A stretch of DNA of 64,000 nt, taken from Octopus bimaculoides (Eukaryota). Under the pieces are notes generated by a model that was not told the DNA's origin, ran no database searches, and was given only the letters and a program-made list of their open reading frames with translations. The position numbers and the translations under genes were made by a program. The stretch spans positions 150,073,529 to 150,137,528 of the forward strand of contig NC_068981.1 in the NCBI RefSeq assembly GCF_001194135.2. Direction: 5' to 3'. This document shows positions 53,122 through 64,000 of the stretch, one piece after another. Every line of letters begins with the position of its first letter. Position 1 is the stretch's first letter.

Positions 53122-55637
53122 GTCTGTCTCTCTCCTTCCATCTAGCNNNNNNNNNNNNNNNNNNNNNNNNNNNNNNNNNNNNNNNNNNNNNNNNNNNNNN
53201 NNNNNNNNNNNNNNNNNNNNNNNNNNNNNNNNNNNNNNNNNNNNNNNNNNNNNNNNNNNNNNNNNNNNNNNNNNNNNNNNNNNNNNNNNNNNNNNNNNNN
53301 NNNNNNNNNNNNNNNNNNNNNNNNNNNNNNNNNNNNNNNNNNNNNNNNNNNNNNNNNNNNNNNNNNNNNNNNNNNNNNNNNNNNNNNNNNNNNNNNNNNN
53401 NNNNNNNNNNNNNNNNNNNNNNNNNNNNNNNNNNNNNNNNNNNNNNNNNNNNNNNNNNNNNNNNNNNNNNNNNNNNNNNNNNNNNNNNNNNNNNNNNNNN
53501 NNNNNNNNNNNNNNNNNNNNNNNNNNNNNNNNNNNNNNNNNNNNNNNNNNNNNNNNNNNNNNNNNNNNNNNNNNNNNNNNNNNNNNNNNNNNNNNNNNNN
53601 NNNNNNNNNNNNNNNNNNNNNNNNNNNNNNNNNNNNNNNNNNNNNNNNNNNNNNNNNNNNNNNNNNNNNNNNNNNNNNNNNNNNNNNNNNNNNNNNNNNN
53701 NNNNNNNNNNNNNNNNNNNNNNNNNNNNNNNNNNNNNNNNNNNNNNNNNNNNNNNNNNNNNNNNNNNNNNNNNNNNNNNNNNNNNNNNNNNNNNNNNNNN
53801 NNNNNNNNNNNNNNNNNNNNNNNNNNNNNNNNNNNNNNNNNNNNNNNNNNNNNNNNNNNNNNNNNNNNNNNNNNNNNNNNNNNNNNNNNNNNNNNNNNNN
53901 NNNNNNNNNNNNNNNNNNNNNNNNNNNNNNNNNNNNNNNNNNNNNNNNNNNNNNNNNNNNNNNNNNNNNNNNNNNNNNNNNNNNNNNNNNNNNNNNNNNN
54001 NNNNNNNNNNNNNNNNNNNNNNNNNNNNNNNNNNNNNNNNNNNNNNNNNNNNNNNNNNNNNNNNNNNNTATATATATATATATATGTTTGTATGAGAGTA
54101 CGTGTGTGTATGCGCATGTATATTCATATGAGTGCGTGACAAGATATATATGTGTGTGTGAAAGAGTTTATTAGTTTCTTTGGAGAATGGAGTGTATGAG
54201 TTTTTGTGTGTAGCATTAGCTGTGAAACTTACGGAGGGCTCATACAATCCTACAAATTTAATTACCCTCATTTTTATGTTTTAAAATATGCTCCATCACC
54301 ACCACCAAAATAACAAATACCTATACCAGCTATAAAACCAAATACTTACCCCAAGCATAAGCACAAGCATAGCAAAGGCTGATGACCAGATACATATTCA
54401 CATATGCATACATATACGCTAACACATATTTCCTTGAAAGCATGTGAAACATAACACCGTAGAAAATACAAACCACCAGGCATGCACGATTCATTTCAAA
54501 ACCAAAAATATAGCAAAAACATTCTACCTCCTTACCAGCAAACTGATGGTTTTCATATATACTCAGCCATGAAACATTTTCCATTGATTTGTTTTGTCTT
54601 TAATTTCTTTAACAGGTAACAGGAGTCGTCTTTACCAAACTTTTGTAATGACATAAAACATATCAAAACATGAAATAATGCACAAACACACACACAAATA
54701 CAAATGCATACATATAAACATATATCTAAATATACCTGTGTGAGTGTGTGTATATATATNNNNNNNNNNNNNNNNNNNNNNNNNNNNNNNNNNNNNNNNN
54801 NNNNNNNNNNNNNNNNNNNNNNNNNNNNNNNNNNNNNNNNNNNNNNNNNNNNNNNNNNNNNNNNNNNNNNNNNNNNNNNNNNNNNNNNNNNNNNNNNNNN
54901 NNNNNNNNNNNNNNNNNNNNNNNNNNNNNNNNNNNNNNNNNNNNNNNNNNNNNNNNNNNNNNNNNNNNNNNNNNNNNNNNNNNNNNNNNNNNNNNNNNNN
55001 NNNNNNNNNNNNNNNNNNNNNNNNNNNNNNNNNNNNNNNNNNNNNNNNNNNNNNNNNNNNNNNNNNNNNNNNNNNNNNNNNNNNNNNNNNNNNNNNNNNN
55101 NNNNNNNNNNNNNNNNNNNNNNNNNNNNNNNNNNNNNNNNNNNNNNNNNNNNNNNNNNNNNNNNNNNNNNNNNNNNNNNNNNNNNNNNNNNNNNNNNNNN
55201 NNNNNNNNNNNNNNNNNNNNNNNNNNNNNNNNNNNNNNNNNNNNNNNNNNNNNNNNNNNNNNNNNNNNNNNNNNNNNNNNNNNNNNNNNNNNNNNNNNNN
55301 NNNNNNNNNNNNNNNNNNNNNNNNNNNNNNNNNNNNNNNNNNNNNNNNNNNNNNNNNNNNNNNNNNNNNNNNNNNNNNNNNNNNNNNNNNNNNNNNNNNN
55401 NNNNNNNNNNNNNNNNNNNNNNNNNNNNNNNNNNNNNNNNNNNNNNNNNNNNNNNNNNNNNNNNNNTATATATATGTTCGCATGTCATCTAGCCTCCACT
55501 GTATTTAAAGTTGAGCTACTAATATTTTCATTCTGTGGAAACAATAATTCGGCAGATTTATATGATGTGCATTGTGTCTTCACACAATACTTCAGGCTCA
55601 AATACATATGATTGAACTCATTTGAAAAAACAGAACG

Positions 55638-56416
55638 TTGGTCTATGAGAAAGCATGAGAAAATTCAAGATGAATAAAATAGGTGGAATGAACTATCAAC
55701 AAGTGAATACAAACTGAAAAAGAAAGACAAGAAAAGTAAGAAGCCAAGGTTTGTGTTCCATTTGTCCGTTGAAATAATAATTAATCTAGCTGGTATAGAA
55801 TGGGTCAACGGGGAAGAGGCCAATATCTGTAACGCAGCTGCTCAATCTGGAGAGGGTACTGTCCTTCAGTTCGACAAAAGGAATTTGTTCACATGCTTGT
55901 ACTTGCTAAAAATTTTCGATCTGGAATTAAGTAGAATATAAGAATTCTTGAATCTGAAAATAATCTGCGATCTTTTAGCTACACATCCCTCGTATCTCTA
56001 CGATTCATTTAAATATAACACAGATCTCTCCACGATGCACCAATTGACTGCATGTGGTGTGCAGTTGGTCTTTAGGTCTCATATATAACCATATATTGCA
56101 CTTTTTTGTTTAGATCCAAAAATTCCAACACACTATTTATTCCAGATCTGAAATATTGCACGTAGAGAAATTTCTTTTGTCGAACCGGAGGTCAGTATTC
56201 TCTCCTCACTGAGCAGCTGTCTTACAGATTTTGGTCTCTTCTCCCGTGAATTATTCTACTATAGCGAGATTAATAATAATTTTGGCGGACAAAATGGACG
56301 CAATCTTTGGTTTTCTTTCTTTAGCTTTCTTTCTTTTTTTTTTTAGCTTTTGCCTTATCATTCAACTTTTGTATCCACATCGTCTTTTTTTCTTCTCGTG
56401 TCTTCTCCTAGACCAA
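55638..56416. repeat. Diverged inverted repeat (arms about 55638-55932 and 56133-56416) of a coding-like relic
   Basis: The core 55744-55896 versus the reverse complement of 56158-56310 aligns over 153 bp without gaps, with 39 mismatches (about 75%) and 29/51 identical residues. Confidence 0.85.
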
Positions 56417-56662
56417 AGGGCTTTTCCTCAAATGAGACAAATCATGTATATTATGAGCCTGAAGAGTTGACCGAAGTCACAAGGTACGTTAGCTAAATCT
56501 GCTGAATGATTGGGTTTCCATGGCCTGAAATATTTACATAATGTGTGTATTAAATTATATTTGTCCCTCGCCGGATGGGTTACATTTCTTGTTGATCCTA
56601 CTTATAACGCAACTGTAAACTATACGTCCACATATCTAGATAAACATATACTCATGTATGTA

Positions 56663-56732
<70 letters not shown>

Positions 56733-57458
56733 CATCCTTACGTACATATATACACACATACATACACGCACGCACACACACAAACACACGCTTTCACATA
56801 CACGCGCGCGCGCGCGCACACGCACGCACACATATAATAAAATATTGATATTTATTCTTAGACGCGATAAAAAACACTAATATATTTGCTTTAATGTCCA
56901 GTTTACGTTGAAATTCAGTACAAACATGAGCAAATATTTCTTTATTAAATAAATATTTTCTGAAAAACCATAGCTATTATAAGAATTTTAATACGATTGG
57001 TGGAGAATTAAGTTTGAGTTTCACACGAAATTTTGCTTCAGATATGAGAAATACTTATCATAAAAATCTTAGAAGGCTAACTACATCCATTTACTCGTCT
57101 GAGTAATTTACATAAAATTGGCCATTAAATAATATACATTTTTCTAAATCGATAGTATATTGCGAAAGTATTTACAGTCAGTAATTCAATTTCGAAGGAT
57201 TGTATCCGGTTGACAGAAAATCTATTTAAATTAAGATTTAATCTATAGAAATATATTAAAAGAAATTGTGAAATATCCGACAAAAATCCGTCGATATACG
57301 TCTAGTTTTAAAATATAACAATATTCGAAGGTACAAAATTATTTGGAGCATACATTCTAAACCTTATATGTAAGTGTAAGTTTCATTGAGATAGTTGTAT
57401 AATCCCAAAGAATATGGTATATATATATATCCTATGCAATTTACCTGCCATGATTAAT

Positions 57459-57509
<51 letters not shown>

Positions 57510-57598
57510 CGCTCTCTCTCTCTATGTATATATATTTATTAGAACAAATTGTTAGGGAGTATAGGACATTAATAAGCGGTTATATATATATACACACA

Positions 57599-57720
57599 TT
57601 TTATTAAAGCTGCAAAATTATCACAGAACTGCCTCTCAGAATTTCGCTTACCTGTTCATCGGACAGTTGCGCTGGAAAACTGAATTAAACTAAATCTGCA
57701 GCTTTGATAAAAAGCATATT
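57599..57720. mobile_element. Small MITE-like element with 16-bp inverted ends
   Basis: TTTTATTAAAGCTGCA...TGCAGCTTTGATAAAA(AGCATATT). The same end plus AAATTATCACAGAACTG recurs at 32049-32090. Confidence 0.55.
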
Positions 57721-58473
57721 ACTCTGCCGTTGGTATTCGAGTACTCTTTTTCCACCCTGTCTTACACTTATGTGCTCAGCTGTGTGTACATATATATACA
57801 TACATACATATATATATATATANNNNNNNNNNNNNNNNNNNNNNNNNNNNNNNNNNNNNNNNNNNNNNNNNNNNNNNNNNNNNNNNNNNNNNNNNNNNNN
57901 NNNNNNNNNNNNNNNNNNNNNNNNNNNNNNNNNNNNNNNNNNNNNNNNNNNNNNNNNNNNNNNNNNNNNNNNNNNNNNNNNNNNNNNNNNNNNNNNNNNN
58001 NNNNNNNNNNNNNNNNNNNNNNNNNNNNNNNNNNNNNNNNNNNNNNNNNNNNNNNNNNNNNNNNNNNNNNNNNNNNNNNNNNNNNNNNNNNNNNNNNNNN
58101 NNNNNNNNNNNNNNNNNNNNNNNNNNNNNNNNNNNNNNNNNNNNNNNNNNNNNNNNNNNNNNNNNNNNNNNNNNNNNNNNNNNNNNNNNNNNNNNNNNNN
58201 NNNNNNNNNNNNNNNNNNNNNNNNNNNNNNNNNNNNNNNNNNNNNNNNNNNNNNNNNNNNNNNNNNNNNNNNNNNNNNNNNNNNNNNNNNNNNNNNNNNN
58301 NNNNNNNNNNNNNNNNNNNNNNNNNNNNNNNNNNNNNNNNNNNNNNNNNNNNNNNNNNNNNNNNNNNNNNNNNNNNNNNNNNNNNNNNNNNNNNNNNNNN
58401 NNNNNNNNNNNNNNNNNNNNNNNNNNNNNNNNNNNNNNNNNNNNNNNNNNNNNNNNNNNNNNNNNNNNNNNNN

Positions 58474-58547
<74 letters not shown>

Positions 58548-59356
58548 TTTCAAATAATATTACCTCTGATGGTGTAAGGTAATGGGCACATACAGTCAAT
58601 GTTCGTGTTAATCTGCTACTTAAAATCTAATTTGAACTGCAACTAAAAAATGCTACGATGTTAGAGCTGCTTAATGAAGATTGGTTATAAGTAGAGGTAC
58701 AATTGAAGAGGTACGTTTTGGGAGAATATTTGCAGGTACCATAACCATTACGGACATTTCTCAATTGATCCTTTATCTACCTCTTATGGTGTACAATTCT
58801 GTAACCATTCCGGTTCCGTGTTTCAATACATGTTATGATTTGACTTCATGCACGTTTTTTGCCTGTTTATACTTTTATTACACACACATGCACACAAATA
58901 TATATATATATATATATATATATTTGCATGCATACATAGATACATACATATGTATAATGTTGCCTTCTACAAACTTACTCCCCACTCTGTTTACACACAC
59001 CCTCTATCTTCTCCCATACCTTTTTACATATCTTAGTAATCACCCTCCGCTAGCATCCTAACTTCTTTCTTGGATTCCCCGCTCCATAAAATCCAAACTT
59101 TATTTTGGAAGTTATGGGAGCAACTGTCTCCGAAGACTCATGTTGTCGTTGATTGCTCGAAACGAGGAGTACATAGACAGCTGACAACTGATGAAGGGTG
59201 GTTCTTTGTGTGACTTGTCCTGTTTTCAATTTTCTTTCTCTCGTTGTTTGCTTTTTTAACTCGCTTGTTTTCGAATTTCATGTTGTTTACAGTTGGTGAC
59301 TTACCATATATCCATATATATATATATGTATGTATGTATGTATGTGTGTGTGTGCG

Positions 59357-59411
<55 letters not shown>

Positions 59412-60119
59412 NNNNNNNNNNNNNNNNNNNNNNNNNNNNNNNNNNNNNNNNNNNNNNNNNNNNNNNNNNNNNNNNNNNNNNNNNNNNNNNNNNNNNNNNN
59501 NNNNNNNNNNNNNNNNNNNNNNNNNNNNNNNNNNNNNNNNNNNNNNNNNNNNNNNNNNNNNNNNNNNNNNNNNNNNNNNNNNNNNNNNNNNNNNNNNNNN
59601 NNNNNNNNNNNNNNNNNNNNNNNNNNNNNNNNNNNNNNNNNNNNNNNNNNNNNNNNNNNNNNNNNNNNNNNNNNNNNNNNNNNNNNNNNNNNNNNNNNNN
59701 NNNNNNNNNNNNNNNNNNNNNNNNNNNNNNNNNNNNNNNNNNNNNNNNNNNNNNNNNNNNNNNNNNNNNNNNNNNNNNNNNNNNNNNNNNNNNNNNNNNN
59801 NNNNNNNNNNNNNNNNNNNNNNNNNNNNNNNNNNNNNNNNNNNNNNNNNNNNNNNNNNNNNNNNNNNNNNNNNNNNNNNNNNNNNNNNNNNNNNNNNNNN
59901 NNNNNNNNNNNNNNNNNNNNNNNNNNNNNNNNNNNNNNNNNNNNNNNNNNNNNNNNNNNNNNNNNNNNNNNNNNNNNNNNNNNNNNNNNNNNNNNNNNNN
60001 NNNNNNNNNNNNNNNNNNNNNNNNNNNNNNNNNNNNNNNNNNNNNNNNNNNNNNNNNNNNNNNNNNNNNNNNNNNNNNNNNNNNNNNNNTATATATATAT
60101 ATATATATCATGTACGTAT

Positions 60120-60265
60120 ATGTGTGACGGCTTCTATCAGTTTCCGTCTGGTCGGCTTTGGTCGGCCCAGTGCTACAGTAGAAGAAATCTAGCTCAGGTA
60201 CCACGCTGTGTATCCGAATCCGAAGTCACGTGGTTGGGAAGCTACCTTCTTACCACGCAGCCACA
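60120..60265 (-). mobile_element. 5' part of SINE family C
   Basis: GACGGCTTCTATCAGTTTCCGTC...GGCTTTGGTCGGCCC...TGGTTGGGAAGCTACCTTCTTACCACGCAGCC matches 33705-33835. Confidence 0.8.
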
Positions 60266-61405
60266 CCTGTTTTTCTTATACTGGAAAATTTCCTAATTTT
60301 CACAAAATAATAGTTTATCGGTTATTTTCTCTTGAAGTCTTTGTAGATCAAGATTTACTGTGCTTGATGAAGAGATCTATTATAGCCGAGCTACTTTCGG
60401 GTTTAAGATTGTTAACAATGAATATACTCATCAAACCTAACAAATCTCGATTAAATTTTTTTGCTCAATTCAAATTTCGAGTGCTTTTTTCTCTTCAGAA
60501 CAGTTTTGATTATTAACTACTCGTTTTACTGCAGCTGTAATCTCGATCGATCATAAATCATTTTTGTCTCACCACGTTAAGTATGTTAAATTCCCATTTA
60601 AATATATGCCTGCACTTTACAAAATGTATGTTTGTAGGAAATGTTCGTTTGTGTTTATGCTATTTCTGCATGTTTTTCTTTTCCTTCTTTCGGCTGAATA
60701 TATGTATGTTTATATATTTTGTATGTACGTGACATTTGAATCTTCGAATCCCATCTCTTCATCAGACTGAAAGAACCCTGATGAACACGAAGGAAATGAG
60801 ACAAGCGCATATTGTAAATGAAATCAATGTAGAACAGAACTCTTTGATTTTTCTTTTGTTTTTGACATTCTTGTTATTTGTCATCCTCTTTTTAACACCA
60901 AATTAAGTCATTCTAATTTGTTTTTACCGAATTCTCTTTTTTCCTTCTTCGGTTTTTATACAATACCGAAACCTAATTCTTCTTTAAATCTTGAAATTCC
61001 TTTTCTTTCTTTCATTATTTCTTTCTTCAGTGTATTCAATCCTTGTTTCAGTCTGTCCTTTTGTTTCTTTCTATCTTTCACTCCCTCTACATCATTCCCC
61101 AATTCTTCACCTGTCTCCCTCCCTCTCTATCTCACTACATCTCTTCCTCTGTTTGTCTGCTTGTCTCTCTCCCTCTTTTTCTGTATTTGAGAACGACAAT
61201 GAGAAGCAAACTCGATTACTAGCGGAAATAAGCAATAAGGCTAGATGTATCATTTGTTCAATGTTCTTTGCGTTCCAAATGCCAAAGAAATGAATTAAGC
61301 TATTTGCAATATATATTCGATACATTTCGTATACCTGCACATGCAAATGGCTGTGTATTTTGTGCACAGTAGTTAATGACATCATGAAGTAAAACAGTGT
61401 GACAC

Positions 61406-61444
<39 letters not shown>

Positions 61445-62025
61445 TTGTCTACAGTCATACATATATATATANNNNNNNNNNNNNNNNNNNNNNNNNNNNN
61501 NNNNNNNNNNNNNNNNNNNNNNNNNNNNNNNNNNNNNNNNNNNNNNNNNNNNNNNNNNNNNNNNNNNNNNNNNNNNNNNNNNNNNNNNNNNNNNNNNNNN
61601 NNNNNNNNNNNNNNNNNNNNNNNNNNNNNNNNNNNNNATATATATATGTATATATGTATGTTTGATTGTGTATGTTTGTATGTGTATGCGTGTGCCCGCA
61701 CCAAGTCTTCACAATATGTGATGGAAGATTCCTGTTTGAGAGTGAAAGAAACAGAATCGGAGAGATACTCAGTTGGATGGCGTTAATATTGTATTTATTA
61801 ATTTATGAGTATATATTACACAATATCTCAGTACTTGCTTACTTGTGTATATATATATTTAAAAAAATTGAAAATAAAATGGCGGATTTCTGGTATATTG
61901 CCGTCTTTTCTTCTGCATGTATTTCTGTTTAGGTATGGTGGTTTACTAGTTTGTGCTATACATATGTATATATGTATCACTCCCTATACATACATGTACA
62001 TATATATACATGCATATATATATAT

Positions 62026-62059
<34 letters not shown>

Positions 62060-62069
62060 NNNNNNNNNN

Positions 62070-62112
<43 letters not shown>

Positions 62113-62409
62113 AGATTCGTATGTAAATGAGCGATACTTATTTATACAATCGTCTATTCGAATATTTTTATACGAAAACGTGTTATTTGGTTACTGCTAT
62201 GTAAAACGTAATTCGTATGAGTGGATATGTATCAGGAAACAGCTTTTTATTCATTTCTCTGCAACATGAAATGTACGATCATTCACGTACGAACATTCTG
62301 CTTCACATGTACGATCATTCCACTCCACACCGATTGTACGGTCACGGGAGGAGTGAACCTCTTACCAAAAATTGAGTGGCACATTAGCAGCGTTGTAATA
62401 AATATAAAT

Positions 62410-63845
62410 TCTATCAGATTTCTCACATGTCAGCAAGCTCATGGAACGCATGTCAGCAAGATCATGGAACGCATTGTTAGAAAATGATTGAACACGTTCC
62501 TGGAGGAAAATGACTTGCTTACAGACACGCAACAAGGTTTCCGTACCGAACGAAGCTGCATAAAACAGCTACTACAGCACTTTGACAGGGTATTAAGACA
62601 ACAGCTCAACCATTCAAATGTGGATGTGATACATATTCACTTTGCCAAGGCCTTTGATAAAGTCGATCATGGGATGATATGTCACAAATTGCGTGACCTC
62701 GGTAGACTGGGAGAGTGGCTACATGATTTCCAGAAGGGCAGAAGTCAGGTTGTCACAGCAAATGGTGCTCTCTCTGAAGAGACACCAATCCTCAGTGGAG
62801 TTCCCTAGGGAAAACTGATGGGACCACTACTGTTTGTAGTTGCTCTCTCGGACATGCCCTCAGCCATAGAGTCATCCACACTCACCAGCTACGCCGATGA
62901 TACAAAAGTATTCCAGGCGGTCACGGATCCTACTGACATCCTAAGACTGCAGAATGACCTGAACGCAATATATAAATGGGCTGATGAAAACAATATACAG
63001 TTCAATGGTGCACAATTTCAAGCACTCCGCTATCAGCCCACAAACAAACTACAGCTGAAGTACACAGGACCATCAGGCAATGTAATCCCAGAGTTAGAGT
63101 CGGTGCGTGACCTGGGAATCCAAATGAGTTTCGACGCAACTTCATATGTGTACATTGTTCTGATGGCAACATTATGCAGGCGGGTGGTGGGTTGGATTCT
63201 TAGATCCTTCAGAACCAGGAACAGAGACACAATGCTTCTGCTCTGGAAAACCATTGTCCTCATGCGTCTGGACTACTGCTCTCAACTGTAGTCCCCACAG
63301 AGTGAAAAAAACTAATTGCGGAACTAGAAGCGATACAACGCCACTACACAAATAAGATAGGCTCAGTAAAACACATGGGCGACTAGGAGAGGTTGAAGGA
63401 ACTGGGACTCTACTCCCTGGAGAGGAGACGTGAGAGATATGCAGTGCTATACGTATAGAAAATAATGGAGGGTCTAGCTCCAAATTTCGGAATCGGAATC
63501 TACAATAAGCCCCGAACTCGACGGCACTGCACAGTACCAAACGTCCCATCTTCTCCATGGAGGATACGAACCCAATATCGTAATAGCTTGGGATTCAAGG
63601 GACCACAGCTTTTTATTCCCTACCACAGAACATAAAGGATCCTGCAAGGTGTATATATGGAAGTCTTCAAAAAACGTCTAGACATTTATTATCTGCAATA
63701 CCGGATGAAGCCACATCGTGGCAGGAGGCACAAAGAAGAGTGGCAACGTCCAACTCGCTACTTCACCAGAAGCTACACTGGAAAAATCCCCGGATGCAGT
63801 AAAGTCGGTGCACCAGCATGGCCTCAGCCTCTGGCTGAAACCCAT
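62410..63845 (+). mobile_element. 5'-truncated CR1/L2-type LINE (RT domain to 3' UTR), pseudogenised
   Basis: SHVSKIMERIV, QQGFRTERSC, DVIHIHFAKAFDKVDH, LSGVP*GKLMGPLLF, SYADDTK (62890-62901), LQNDL..IYKWA, RLDYCSQL*SP and LERRRERY. In-frame stops at about 62485, 62806 and 63289. Ends in ...CCAGCATGGCCTCAGCCTCTGGCTGAAAC before a TA/TG microsatellite. Confidence 0.92.
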
Positions 63846-63915
63846 ACGAGATATCTATGTATCTATGTATGTGTCTATATATATATGTCTATGTGTAATG
63901 ATTTGTTTATGTATA

Positions 63916-64000
<85 letters not shown>

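Noticed and set aside
60740-60800. TTCATCAG...CTGATGAA inverted hammerhead-like cores
   Set aside because: Neither orientation gives a paired stem II plus GAAAC and a triplet. At best a very decayed PLE scrap.

Overview
This is AT-rich, microsatellite-dense eukaryotic DNA from a gapped draft assembly: 22 N-runs totalling about 10 kb, mostly flanked by simple repeats. The SINE heads and tails look like those I recall from octopus/cephalopod genomes, but that taxonomic call is an inference. I found no convincing host exon, RNA gene, CRISPR array or prokaryotic system, and most long ORFs in the track are artefacts of N-runs or microsatellites. The window is intergenic or intronic and filled with decayed mobile elements: two REL-endonuclease (R4/Dong-like) LINE relics, a CR1/L2-type RT LINE, L1/Tx1-like pieces, several Penelope-like element (PLE) relics, three mariner relics, a Helitron, a hAT MITE with an 8-bp TSD, and several tRNA-derived SINE families. 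The most interesting observations are: (1) minimal hammerhead-ribozyme-like motifs in PLE-derived ends, including a composite tRNA-head + (AAT)n + hammerhead-tail element; (2) a 307-bp, about 97% identical inverted repeat bracketing an older LINE; (3) a Helitron whose helicase C-terminus is fused in frame to an N-terminal-region motif; (4) a SINE and a LINE sharing a 3' tail with a compensated hairpin; (5) a cryptic 75%-identical inverted pair of coding-like relics.
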